This document shows positions 20,835 through 30,275 of a DNA stretch of 50,652 nucleotides, piece by piece; within the stretch, counting starts at the first letter, position 1, and every line of letters starts with the position of its first letter. The position numbers and the translations under genes were made by a program. The notes beneath the pieces are model-generated. The model worked only from the letters and a program-made list of their open reading frames with translations, was not told the DNA's origin and made no database searches. This DNA is from Candidatus Sulfomarinibacter kjeldsenii (GTDB lineage: Bacteria > Acidobacteriota > Thermoanaerobaculia > Thermoanaerobaculales > Sulfomarinibacteraceae). Location: the NCBI GenBank assembly GCA_014764485.1, contig JACXWA010000120.1, forward strand, positions 1 to 50,652. The letters run 5' to 3'.

Positions 20835-21701
20835 ATGCGTCTCCTGCTCTTGAGTGCTCGTCCAGATCTTCGTACAAACACTCGGTTCGCCGAAGCGGCG
20901 AACGATCTTGGAATCGACCTCGGGTTGGTCGACGGGATCACCGCTTCGGCGTCACTCATCGATGGCAATCTGAAACCGTTGGGAGTCGAGATCGATCGCG
21001 AACTCCCCGACGCTGTCCTCGCGCGGGTCGGTAACTGGCGGCCCGAGAGCTTGCTCGCGGTCCTCGAGGCGTTTGTCGCATGCGGCGTGGCGACGCCCAA
21101 CCCTCCCGCCGCTATCAGAATGGGCCGCGATCATTGGGCAACCACGATGGCCCTGACTGTAGCCGGTCTGCCGGTGCCGCCAACCCTTGCCGGCGCCGAC
21201 CCGGAGGCATTGGCAGCAGAGACCGTTCGTAGCCTTGGACTACCGGCGGTTGTGAAACAGAGGCGGTCGCGGATGGGCGTCGGAGTCATTCGGTGCGCCA
21301 CCCGCGATCATCTCGAGGCGATCCTCGACTCATTGTGGCGGATCGGTGACGAAATCGTCGTCCAGCGATGGCTGGCCGGAGGCGAGCACAGTCTCCGTTT
21401 GATGGTGGTCGGAGGGTCGGTTGTCGCTGCGGCGCGTTTCAGCGCTGCCAAAGGCGAATGGCGGTCCAACTCTGCCCGAGGGGGATCTGCCGAGGCCCAT
21501 GACGCGTCACCTGACGAGAAGAGGCTTGCCGTTGCCGCAGCGGCGGCACTCGGTCTCGGCCACTGCGGTGTGGACCTGGTGGGCAGTGAGGCGGGGCCGG
21601 TGATCCTTGAGATCAACCCCACGCCGGGATTTCTGCGCCTCGAAGAGGCGACAGGTATTGATGTCGCGCGTGCTCTGGTTGAGCACGCAGTTGCCAGATA
21701 A
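20835..21701 (+). CDS. RimK/LysX-family ATP-grasp ligase
   Basis: AGLPVPPT, VVKQ..SRMGVGV, WRSNSARGG, GVDLV, ILEINPTPGF. Confidence 0.85.
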   Translation: MRLLLLSARPDLRTNTRFAEAANDLGIDLGLVDGITASASLIDGNLKPLGVEIDRELPDAVLARVGNWRPESLLAVLEAFVACGVATPNPPAAIRMGRDHWATTMALTVAGLPVPPTLAGADPEALAAETVRSLGLPAVVKQRRSRMGVGVIRCATRDHLEAILDSLWRIGDEIVVQRWLAGGEHSLRLMVVGGSVVAAARFSAAKGEWRSNSARGGSAEAHDASPDEKRLAVAAAAALGLGHCGVDLVGSEAGPVILEINPTPGFLRLEEATGIDVARALVEHAVAR

Positions 21702-21707
21702 CTCCGG

Positions 21708-22223
21708 CTACTGTGCCTCGGTTCCGGTGGCAACCGGTGCCGGTCGGCCGGCGAGTTCCCGATCGATCATCAGCAGGCCATGCGGACTGTCCTCGACCAT
21801 CTTCACCTGGTGGAAGAGCGTATCGGCGGTGGCTTCCTCCTCGACCTGCTCGTTCACATACCAGTGCAACATGACCGTCGTTGCGTGATCATTTTGGGCG
21901 GTAGCGAGGTCGACGATCTCGTTGATACGTTGACTGATGTGCCGCTCGTGATTGAGCACCGCCTCGATTGCCACCGACGGCGAGTCCCACTCCTTCTGCG
22001 GCCCGTCCAGCGCCATGAGTTCGACCGTGCCGCCACGTTCCGCGAGGTAGTCAAAGAGCTTCATCGCGTGACCAAACTCTTCCTGGGCCTGGATCCGCAT
22101 CCAGTGCGCAAAACCATCGAGGTGGTGGGCGGTGAAATATGCTGCGACAGAGAGATAGAGATAAAAAGAAAAGAACTCGGCGTGGATCTGCTCGTTCAAA
22201 GCCTTTTCGACCTTTGCGTTCAT
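21708..22223 (-). CDS. ftnA: Non-heme ferritin
   Basis: LNEQI.AEF.S..LYL, QAQEE..HA, HE, WYVNEQVEEE ferroxidase ligands; AAGGAG RBS. Confidence 0.93.
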   Translation of the reverse strand: MNAKVEKALNEQIHAEFFSFYLYLSVAAYFTAHHLDGFAHWMRIQAQEEFGHAMKLFDYLAERGGTVELMALDGPQKEWDSPSVAIEAVLNHERHISQRINEIVDLATAQNDHATTVMLHWYVNEQVEEEATADTLFHQVKMVEDSPHGLLMIDRELAGRPAPVATGTEAQ

Positions 22224-22318
22224 TTGCGACTCCTTTGTAGTGATGGCTGCCGGCGGCAGAATTCACAGCCGAAAGCGCCCAACAGTATAACCCTCCCGGA
22301 CAGGATCTGAATTCCAGG

Positions 22319-23245
22319 TTACGGATCAACAAAGGGTTGAGCCGTTGTTGGGCGACCCCTGATCGACCACGGCTCGATCCACCCTCGTACGTTGTTGGAC
22401 GATTGGGCGGTTCCCCAGAGAATCCCGGCCGATTGCCCGTCGGCAAGTGGGCGTCCCGCGACCCACACAGAGGCCGCGAAAATCACTGCGGCCAAAGCCA
22501 GAGCGAAGATTTCTCCAGCTTGTGGTAGTTCGAGCGGGCGCACGTACGGGGCGGGGTATCGAAACCATGCGAAGGCGAGGCTGGCAATCAACGGCACAGC
22601 TGCAGCGATGATTGCCGGCATCAGAACGGAACCTCGAACAAGGGACACCAGGCCAAGCCAACCAACCGCCGGCACCCCGAGGTGGATGGCCACGACTAGC
22701 AGACGATAGCTGCGGCGGATGTCGGGGCGCCTTCGCCGCGCCAACTGGAGTAGGCGGAGCGTCGGCAGGAGTGCAGCGCCGGCCGCGAAGACTGGGGACA
22801 ACCACACCAGGGCAGTTGGCCAACCGTGCAGCGCGAGAAAACGGGCCAGGTGCCCATCTTCGCTATCGAGCACAGGCAGCACCGCTACCGCCACCAGAGA
22901 CATCGCCCAGGAGATCTGGATACAACCGAGCTGGGTGACAAGGGACCTTGCTCGCGGCAGAAAACCGATAATTGTCACCGCGAACACCAGCGGCAGGAGC
23001 ATCGATCCGAGCCAATATCCCCCGGCCCTGGGCAGGGAGGCGAAGTTCAGGAGCGGCTGATTGACCAACGCCCAGATCTGGCGGTCGAGCGGCAGTGCGA
23101 CTCCGATCCAGTGGCATCCGCCGATAAGAGCGCCCAACCCCTGGCCAATTGCGGCGCTGATCAGGGCGAAGGGAAGGGCCGCAGAGGCCCCCAGCCAGGA
23201 AATAGCAATCACCGAGGTTGACGCAGTCCCGGGTTCGGTGTCCAT
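22319..23245 (-). CDS. Hypothetical polytopic membrane protein
   Basis: About 7 hydrophobic segments; start placed at ATG 23245 from a TAGCAT -10 element 7 nt upstream. Confidence 0.65.
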   Translation of the reverse strand: MDTEPGTASTSVIAISWLGASAALPFALISAAIGQGLGALIGGCHWIGVALPLDRQIWALVNQPLLNFASLPRAGGYWLGSMLLPLVFAVTIIGFLPRARSLVTQLGCIQISWAMSLVAVAVLPVLDSEDGHLARFLALHGWPTALVWLSPVFAAGAALLPTLRLLQLARRRRPDIRRSYRLLVVAIHLGVPAVGWLGLVSLVRGSVLMPAIIAAAVPLIASLAFAWFRYPAPYVRPLELPQAGEIFALALAAVIFAASVWVAGRPLADGQSAGILWGTAQSSNNVRGWIEPWSIRGRPTTAQPFVDP

Positions 23246-23272
23246 CGGCGGCATGCTACCATGACGCCCGCC

Positions 23273-25273
23273 ATGAAGCTGCAAGGCGCGTATCTCCAGT
23301 GTTTTCTGTCGTTCGCGATGTTTTTGGGGGTAACCTCACCGATCGCCGCACAGGCTCTCTATGTGGATCGCCTCGACAGTGGCGTTGAGTTGTTGATTGT
23401 GGCCCAACCCCTTGCAGATGCGACCACGGTGGTTTGGCCCTCAGTTGTTGGAGGCGACGACACTCCGGTTGGTGTCACCAGCGGCGACCTGACCCTGGTC
23501 GCCAGCCTCGAGGCTGCGCTGGGTGATGACCTAGCCGTCGCCTCCCCAGCCGTAATCGTGGCAGTTGGCGGTGCCTCGGTGTCCGATCTCCGCACCCTGC
23601 TCGATAGGATTCTCGCGCATCGCCCCGTGGCCTCCGTCCCGCCGGTTCCCCAAGAGCTTCTCGTAGAAGGCCGACTGGAGCGTCGCCTGGGTGTTGCCGG
23701 CAGCGATGCAGGGATCCGGCTCGAGGTCACCTTGCCGGCCCCACAAGACCCAATGCGAAGCGCCACCGAAGTTCTCTGGGATCTTCTGCCGGAGATCCTG
23801 GCCGACGATCTGGTTGGTGTCCGGAGCCGGGTTGATGGAAATCAGGGGCTCCTCGAGGCTCGTACCGATTCCGCTTCAGCTGACGGTTCCGTCAGTCGAT
23901 TACGCCTCGGCCTCGCGCGCGTGGCCGAGAATCCGGCCGTACAGGAGGGGCTGGTCGAGGCTGCGGCGAGACGCCTGCGGGTACGTCGGCAAGCCAGTCT
24001 CGAGGAGCATCCGCAATCGGCGGAATTAATACTCGATCTATGGCTTCAGGGCGGTGTGGACGCCGTGCGGGAGTTTCTTTTCGGTGTTGATGGAGTGACA
24101 ACCCGAACGGTTCGTAGTGCGGCATCAAGCTGGCTCCCGCAACATCCGGGTAATGTCGTTGTAACGTTACCCCCGCGATCGTTCAATCCGCGTTTCGCCT
24201 CCCCGCCCGCGATGTTGCAGCTCGAGAATGGGCTGACCGCCGCGGTTCTCGAGAGAGCGGGTGCGCCGTTGGCGGCGCTGTGTCTGCGCCCGGTGGTGGT
24301 GCCGGATCTCGACAACGAGCTCGCGGCAACGGTCTTGGCTCGTGTCGCTCGCGAGCTTCGTGAACTCGAGCAGCGTCCAGGTTGGGTTCGGGTGGATTCA
24401 CGCCCCGCACAGATGCTCCTGGCGGCGCCGACCGAACAATTTAGCGAGCTCGTAGAGGTTCTCCGCGCTGCCATGGCGCTGGCCGAAGATGATCAGCGAC
24501 CCGTCATGGGCGAAGGCGGCAGCGCCCGCCGTCGTGCTCTGCGGCTGATGGCTGGCATTCTCGGCCTCGCCGAAGGATCGAGCTTGTCGCCCGCGACCCT
24601 GTTACGAACCGGGAATCTCTCGCTCGGTGTTGTTGCCGAGGATGTCGAAGCGGCATCGGAAGCTGTTCGAAAGTTTTGGACGACCGATCGGTCAATGTTT
24701 GAAAGCGCCACGGTGGACACGGTGGCTCCTGTCCCGCGGACCCGCGAGGCTGCCGCTGGCGACGACTCGGTGCTGGTCATCGCACTGGAACTCTCGATCA
24801 CCACGGATGAGGCGCAGACTCTCGTGTTGGCCGAAGTTCTGGCATCCCGTGGCGCAGCGTTGCTGGGTGCGGGGTCGGTGGAGATTCTGCATCCTTTCGT
24901 GCCCGGCCATAGGGTTTTGCTGGTCGTTGCATCGGCCCGGGCTACGATGGACACGGTCGAGGTGAGCGCCGGCAAGGGCTGGTCTGAATTTACACGGCCG
25001 GTAACCGAAGAAGAACTCGCTGAGGCTCGACGACGGGCGGCGGCAGCCCAAGCTGGAGCATGGAGCGGCGCCACCGGCCGCGCGTGCCGCTGTGCGGCGG
25101 TTGCGTCTGGTGCTGTGGAGTGGAGGACGGCGATGGATCTCGAGATGGCGATTCTGTCCGTGCCTGTCGAAATTGTGAACTTGACCCTTCAGAGTGTTGC
25201 CAATTGGGAGGTTCTCCAGAACACTGGCGCCGGCGTGTTGCCGATCGTAGAGTTCGGCGAACGCGAGGAGTAG
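23273..25273 (+). CDS. Secreted M16 (insulinase/PqqL)-like protein, apparently catalytically inactive
   Basis: Signal peptide; two M16-like half starts (RLDSGVELLIV; LENGLTAAVLE...P) and VDGVT..TVRSAASSWL motif; no HxxEH; start uncertain (23261/23273/23318). Confidence 0.6.
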   Translation: MKLQGAYLQCFLSFAMFLGVTSPIAAQALYVDRLDSGVELLIVAQPLADATTVVWPSVVGGDDTPVGVTSGDLTLVASLEAALGDDLAVASPAVIVAVGGASVSDLRTLLDRILAHRPVASVPPVPQELLVEGRLERRLGVAGSDAGIRLEVTLPAPQDPMRSATEVLWDLLPEILADDLVGVRSRVDGNQGLLEARTDSASADGSVSRLRLGLARVAENPAVQEGLVEAAARRLRVRRQASLEEHPQSAELILDLWLQGGVDAVREFLFGVDGVTTRTVRSAASSWLPQHPGNVVVTLPPRSFNPRFASPPAMLQLENGLTAAVLERAGAPLAALCLRPVVVPDLDNELAATVLARVARELRELEQRPGWVRVDSRPAQMLLAAPTEQFSELVEVLRAAMALAEDDQRPVMGEGGSARRRALRLMAGILGLAEGSSLSPATLLRTGNLSLGVVAEDVEAASEAVRKFWTTDRSMFESATVDTVAPVPRTREAAAGDDSVLVIALELSITTDEAQTLVLAEVLASRGAALLGAGSVEILHPFVPGHRVLLVVASARATMDTVEVSAGKGWSEFTRPVTEEELAEARRRAAAAQAGAWSGATGRACRCAAVASGAVEWRTAMDLEMAILSVPVEIVNLTLQSVANWEVLQNTGAGVLPIVEFGEREE

Positions 25274-25277
25274 ATAA

Positions 25278-26519
25278 ATGGAGGTCGTGGTGCTGCCCGA
25301 GATTGATGACCATCTCAACTACCTGACGAAAGGCTGCGTTGACGTCGTACCGGCAGAACAGTTGGCAGAAAAACTCAGGAGTTCCAAGAAGACCGGTAAA
25401 CCCCTCGTGGTGAAGGTCGGTTTTGACCCTTCAGCTCCGGATCTCCATCTTGGCCACACCGTCGTGATTCGCAAGATGCACCACTTTCAACAACTCGGCC
25501 ACCGGGTGGTTTTTCTGATCGGAGACTTCACCGGGTTGATCGGCGACCCGACAGGCAAGAAGAGCACTCGCCCGCAACTCACACCGGAGGAGATCGAGGT
25601 CAACGCAGCGACCTATCGCCGCCAGATATACAAGCTGCTGGATCCCGAGACGACGATCATCGACTTCAACTCGCGATGGCTGGGTGCACTTGGCTCGGCC
25701 GACTGGATCCGGCTCGCGGCCAAGGTGACCGTTGCCCAGATGCTCGAGCGCGACGACTTCCGGAAACGCTACGAGAATCAGCAACCGATCGCTTTGCACG
25801 AGTTCCTCTACCCGTTGGCTCAGGCATACGATTCGGTTGCGCTGGAAGTGGACGTGGAGCTCGGCGGGACTGACCAGCTCTTCAATCTCCTGGTCGGTCG
25901 CCACCTCATGCGAGAACATGGGATGGAGCCACAGGTGGTGATGACCCTGCCGCTCCTCGAGGGTCTCGATGGGGTCGAGAAAATGTCGAAGTCGCTTGGC
26001 AATTACGTGGCGGTCGAGGACGCCCCGACCGAGATGTTCGGCAAGCTCATGTCGATCTCGGACGATCTCATGTGGAAGTACTGGCTTCTTCTCACCGATC
26101 GTAGCGCCGAGGAAATCGATGCCGATCGGAAAAAGGTTGCCGACGGTTCTATCCATCCGATGGATATGAAGAAAGGCCTCGCGACAACAATCGTCACCGA
26201 GTTTCACTCCGCCGAGGCCGCGGAGGCCGCGCGATGTGAGTTCGAGCGGGTCTTCTCTTCCGGCCATTTGCCGCAGGAGATTCCAGAACTTTCCCTCAGC
26301 CCTACGGGTGAGAAGATGTTGCTATCCAAGGTGCTGGCCGATGGTGAACTGGCAGCCTCGAACTCGGAGGCACGGCGCCTGATTCAGCAGGGCGGCGTCA
26401 GGGTTGATGGCGATGCAGTGCGCGAGATCAAGGCGGAGATCTCGACCACTGGCAGTGAACCGATTCTTGTCCAGGTGGGCAAACGGCGTTTCGCGAAAGT
26501 GAGTTTTTCAAAGGACTGA
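25278..26519 (+). CDS. tyrS: Tyrosine--tRNA ligase
   Basis: GFDPSAPDLHLGH, YPLAQAYDS, GGTDQLFN, KMSKS, C-terminal S4 domain. Confidence 0.98.
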   Translation: MEVVVLPEIDDHLNYLTKGCVDVVPAEQLAEKLRSSKKTGKPLVVKVGFDPSAPDLHLGHTVVIRKMHHFQQLGHRVVFLIGDFTGLIGDPTGKKSTRPQLTPEEIEVNAATYRRQIYKLLDPETTIIDFNSRWLGALGSADWIRLAAKVTVAQMLERDDFRKRYENQQPIALHEFLYPLAQAYDSVALEVDVELGGTDQLFNLLVGRHLMREHGMEPQVVMTLPLLEGLDGVEKMSKSLGNYVAVEDAPTEMFGKLMSISDDLMWKYWLLLTDRSAEEIDADRKKVADGSIHPMDMKKGLATTIVTEFHSAEAAEAARCEFERVFSSGHLPQEIPELSLSPTGEKMLLSKVLADGELAASNSEARRLIQQGGVRVDGDAVREIKAEISTTGSEPILVQVGKRRFAKVSFSKD

Positions 26520-26652
26520 GGGCCTGTCCTTCCACCAGTCAATTGGATCAACGGTCATACGGCAGAACGGCGTGACGGCCTGTCCGTCCATCCATAGGCA
26601 TCAACGCCAGTCGGTGGGACTCCCGCCGCGCTCTAAGCCGTAAAGCCCTAAC

Positions 26653-26683
26653 AAAAAACACCCCGCCGTTTCCAGCGGGGTGT
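26653..26683 (-). terminator. Rho-independent terminator of fur
   Basis: Minus strand ACACCCCGC-TGGAAACG-GCGGGGTGT followed by a T-run. Confidence 0.85.
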
Positions 26684-26704
26684 CGGGTGGTCGATGTCGA
26701 ATAA

Positions 26705-27172
26705 TCAGAAGAAAGAGGTGTCCTGCTCGACCTTTTGACCCTCTTCGCTCAACCCCTGGATTTGGATGGAGATAAAAGTCGGCCGGAATTTGTGCTCCTG
26801 GCACAAACGACGCAGCCGTTCATCGAGGTCGGCATCCCAGAACTCAATGATCTTGCCGGTAGCGGTGCAGACCATGTGATGGTGACCTCCGCCCGGTTCC
26901 ATCTTCTCGTAGAAATAGTGTTCGCGGCCAAGACGGCTCTTGCGAACCAGGCCGCACTGAACCAATAGGTCAAGGGTGCGGTAAACCGTTGCACGCGATA
27001 CCTTGCGCTGCTTGGTCTTCATCCGCGCCAACAGGTCATCCGCGTCGAGATGTTCATCGGTGGCGAAAATCTCGTCCAGCAAGGCGAGCCGTTCCTGGGT
27101 GACCTTGAGGTTATTTTCCCTCAAATATTGGATAAACAGTTTCTGTGCTCGTTGTGCAAGTTTACTGGTCAT
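26705..27172 (-). CDS. fur: Fur-family metal-responsive regulator
   Basis: LKVTQER, HLDADDL, VSRATVYRTLDLL, HHHMVC...GKIIEF. Confidence 0.9.
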   Translation of the reverse strand: MTSKLAQRAQKLFIQYLRENNLKVTQERLALLDEIFATDEHLDADDLLARMKTKQRKVSRATVYRTLDLLVQCGLVRKSRLGREHYFYEKMEPGGGHHHMVCTATGKIIEFWDADLDERLRRLCQEHKFRPTFISIQIQGLSEEGQKVEQDTSFF

Positions 27173-27182
27173 ACTTTTAATC

Positions 27183-27237
27183 CAGTCTCATTATCATTGT
27201 CTCAATCAAAGGTAGCGTTGATGAGAGCTTGTGTCAA
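27183..27237 (-). promoter_or_regulatory. Sigma-70 promoter of fur with a Fur-box-like site just downstream
   Basis: TTGACA (27237-27232)-N17-TACCTT (27214-27209); GACAATGATAATGAGACTG (27201-27183) matches 13/19 of GATAATGATAATCATTATC. Confidence 0.6.
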
Positions 27238-27435
27238 GAGACGAAACAGTTGTTTTTTGCCACTCTCCAAGGCGGTGGAGATTGTCTCATAAGCTTCGAT
27301 CATTGTTGGCTGGTGCATCCAGAGCCATGGTGCCTAATCGACCGTTGTTCAAATGTACATTGTTGATTATGAAGGGTTTGCGCCACCTTGTCAGGAATGA
27401 TGTCGTGTCGCGCGAACCGCATTTCGGAGGATGAA

Positions 27436-27892
27436 ATGGATTATCCGATTTGGGAGTTGGCGATGGGCGCTGTGGACGACCGTGCTCCAGGTCGCAGATG
27501 GATTCCTGCTACTGATGCTGCTGCCGCGACCAGTACTGCGCGGAATCATGTCGGGCGGGGTTGCGACCCTCGGTCCGTTGACACTGGCAATTCTCGTCGG
27601 CATTGGTCTCCTGATGATGCTGGCGCGAGTTTCTAATCCGGTTGAGAAACCAGGACTCGTCACAGGCACTCTTGGGGCAATGACGTTGACGATCGCGGTC
27701 ATGAGCATCACCCGTCATCAGGTCCGGGCCCTTTACCTGGAGCCTTCGGCCGCCCAGTTCAATTTCCAGGTCGTGCCCCAGTGGGGCAACTTCGTACTCT
27801 TTGCGCTACTCCTTGTTGCAGGACTTGCAACAGTTGGTTTTATGGTGTGGCGTGTTTTGACATCTCCCGCCAGCGGGCCAGACGCGGCGTAG
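27436..27892 (+). pseudogene. Probable deletion remnant: N-terminus of one membrane (cytochrome-associated) gene joined out of frame to the C-terminal part of a second
   Basis: GGAGG is properly spaced to ATG 27436 (MDYPIWELAMG), which then loses coding character; the hydrophobic coding frame from ~27461 (RWALWTT...RHQVRALYL...VVPQWGNFVLF) is a different frame. Confidence 0.5.
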
Positions 27893-27942
27893 TTCGATGA
27901 CTCCCGGACGCCATGGTGAGGCTCCGGAGGAGAATTTTTCTA

Positions 27943-27971
27943 TTGTGCTTTGTATACATTTTGTATACAAT
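27943..27971 (+). promoter_or_regulatory. Promoter with two tandem GntR/FadR-type operators
   Basis: TTGTATACAT (27950-27959) and perfect palindrome TTGTATACAA (27961-27970) inside TTGTGC-N17-TACAAT. Confidence 0.75.
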
Positions 27972-27978
27972 TCTTATG

Positions 27979-28671
27979 ATGGGTACAAAGACCGAGAACC
28001 GAGTGGCTGAAAAGTCCACCGCCGCCGAGCAGGTGTATAACGCTCTGAAACGCGACATCATCACCCTGCAACACCAACCGGGGGTCTCGCTGACGGAACA
28101 GCAGCTGGCGACGCTCTACGGCACCAGCCGGGTGCCGGTGCGCGAGGCTTGCAGGCGGCTTGGACAGGAGGGTCTCTTGACCGGGCGCCCGTACCGTGGA
28201 TACTCGGTCAACCATATTTCGCTCAAGGAGATCGGAGATTGCTTTGATCTTCGCCTCGGCTTGGAATCGCGGGCTCTTGAGCTTGCCGCACAACGTGCGA
28301 CGGCTGGGGACCTCAATCGGCTCAGCAACCTCGCGACCATCGAGTACACCTATCACGACTGGGATTCATACGTTGAGTTTCTCGATCGAAACCTCGACTT
28401 TCACATTCAGCTCGCCTCGCTATCGCGCAACGACCGGCTGGTGGCTGTATTGCGCGATCTACTCGGCAGCATGCAGAGGTTTTTCTTCCTCGGACTCGAC
28501 CTGGGCGATTTCGCTTCCGAAATGCGCTCGGAGCACGAGGAACTGGTGGCGCTGCTCTCGAGCGACAGCCCGGATCTTGCGATCGGCTGTCTGAACCGCC
28601 AAATCACATCGTCGCGGGACCGAATCCTGCGCGCGCTTATTGAAGACCGAATCGATCTACCTATCGGGTGA
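27979..28671 (+). CDS. GntR-family (FCD domain) transcriptional regulator
   Basis: LTEQQLATLYGTSRVPVREA, LRLGLE, NLDFH..LA..SRN..L, EHEELV; start 27976 or 27979. Confidence 0.92.
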   Translation: MGTKTENRVAEKSTAAEQVYNALKRDIITLQHQPGVSLTEQQLATLYGTSRVPVREACRRLGQEGLLTGRPYRGYSVNHISLKEIGDCFDLRLGLESRALELAAQRATAGDLNRLSNLATIEYTYHDWDSYVEFLDRNLDFHIQLASLSRNDRLVAVLRDLLGSMQRFFFLGLDLGDFASEMRSEHEELVALLSSDSPDLAIGCLNRQITSSRDRILRALIEDRIDLPIG

Positions 28672-28679
28672 GGTGTCCA

Positions 28680-29885
28680 ATGTCTGACTTCGTGTATCTC
28701 GACAATGCCGCCACGACCTTTCCGAAGCCACCGGAAGTCATTCAGTTCATGTGTGACTTCTATCAGACCCGGGGGGTGAACCCGGGACGTACGGGATTCG
28801 ATCTCGCGCTCGAGGCCGAGGAGACGCTGGCCGATGGACGTCGCGCCCTGACTGAGTTCTTTGCGGGTGGTGATCCAAACCGGCTGGTCTTTTCATACAA
28901 TGTGACTGATGCTCTCAACCTGCTGATCTCGAGTGTGCTCGTACCCGGCGATCATGCCATAACCACATGCCTCGAGCACAATTCGGTGCTGCGACCGATG
29001 TATATGCATCGGGAGCGGGGTGTCGAGGTCGATTTCGTGCCCTTCGACGGGCGTGGCTATGTCGATCCGGACGACATTGCTCGCCGAATCCGTCCAAATA
29101 CCAAGCTCGTGGTCATGAACCACGGATCGAATGTGATCGGCACCATTCAACCGGTGGCTGAGGTCGGTCGGATCTGTCGGGAACGCGGCGTCCTCTTCGC
29201 TATCGATGCCGCCCAGACTGCAGGCCTGGTGCCGATCGACGTCAACGCGATGAACATCGATGTAGTCTGTTTCACCGGTCACAAGTCTCTCTTCGGGCCG
29301 TCCGGCACAGGCGGTATGTATATTTGTGAGCACGTAGAAATCACACCATGCCGCGCCGGTGGAACGGGTGTCATGAGCGCGCTCAAAGGCCAGCCAGATG
29401 CGTACCCATGGCGTATGGAATTCGGCACTGTTAACACGATGGGCGTCTCCGGGCTACTCGCTGCGCAGAAATGGATTGCCGACCGCGGCGGCGTAGGGGC
29501 TATCTACGAGCACGAGATGCGGCACGCGAAGAGGCTCCATGAGGGCCTTTCCGCCATAGATGGCGTAAAGCTCTACTGCGCCGATCTTGATCACGACCAC
29601 CTGCCAGTATTCGTCTTTAACATCGACGGAATGCCGGCCGACCAGACCGGTACCTTCCTCGATGTAGAGCACGACATCATCACCCGAACCGGGCTCCATT
29701 GCGCGCCGCAGGTTCACGAGGGGATCGGGACCTTTGAGACCGACGGGACGGTCCGCTTCTCGCCCGGTGTTTTCACAACCGACGAGGAGGTCGAGCGAGC
29801 GATCGAAGCGGTCGCAGAAACAGCCGAGATCGGTCAGGAGAGAATTGGAGCGGCAAAACAGCCGGTCCTGGCGACCAACGCGTAG
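28680..29885 (+). CDS. Class V PLP enzyme, cysteine desulfurase family
   Basis: YLDNAATT, EHNSVLRP, HGSNVIG, DAAQTAG, FTGHKSL.GP.G.G, RTGLHCAP catalytic Cys. Confidence 0.88.
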   Translation: MSDFVYLDNAATTFPKPPEVIQFMCDFYQTRGVNPGRTGFDLALEAEETLADGRRALTEFFAGGDPNRLVFSYNVTDALNLLISSVLVPGDHAITTCLEHNSVLRPMYMHRERGVEVDFVPFDGRGYVDPDDIARRIRPNTKLVVMNHGSNVIGTIQPVAEVGRICRERGVLFAIDAAQTAGLVPIDVNAMNIDVVCFTGHKSLFGPSGTGGMYICEHVEITPCRAGGTGVMSALKGQPDAYPWRMEFGTVNTMGVSGLLAAQKWIADRGGVGAIYEHEMRHAKRLHEGLSAIDGVKLYCADLDHDHLPVFVFNIDGMPADQTGTFLDVEHDIITRTGLHCAPQVHEGIGTFETDGTVRFSPGVFTTDEEVERAIEAVAETAEIGQERIGAAKQPVLATNA

Positions 29886-29907
29886 CGAGCCGAAGGTCGG
29901 TTGAGCC

Positions 29908-30189
29908 TTACCCTGACCACTCTTCGGGGGTGAGGGTGCGCATCGAGAGGGCGTGGATGTCGTTCACCATCAAATCACCCAGAGCCTCATAGACGATACG
30001 CTGCGCAGCGATTCGGGACAGCCCGCGAAAACGATCTGAAACCACCAGAATCCGAAAATGTCCGCCGCCGCTCTGCGCGCCCGCGTGGCTCTCGTGGAGA
30101 GAACTCTGATCGAGGACCGTTACATACCGAGCCTCTAGCTTGTTGTGGAGGGCATCCTCAATCGCCTGTGCCCTGGCAGAAGTTCCCAC
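29908..30189 (-). CDS. bolA: BolA family protein
   Basis: DQSSLHESH, HFRILVVS..F.G.SR...QR.VY, IHALS. Confidence 0.9.
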   Translation of the reverse strand: MGTSARAQAIEDALHNKLEARYVTVLDQSSLHESHAGAQSGGGHFRILVVSDRFRGLSRIAAQRIVYEALGDLMVNDIHALSMRTLTPEEWSG

Positions 30190-30275
30190 AGCCTCACTCC
30201 TTCCTCATCTTCCCTCTCGAAGAGAAGAACCGAATCAGCGCGGAAGATCTTCCTGAAGTCCCCGATCCAAGGCAA

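Noticed and set aside
26520-26652. Possible sRNA or riboswitch after tyrS (GGCCTGTCC occurs twice)
   Set aside because: No recognisable RNA family motif or convincing structure by eye
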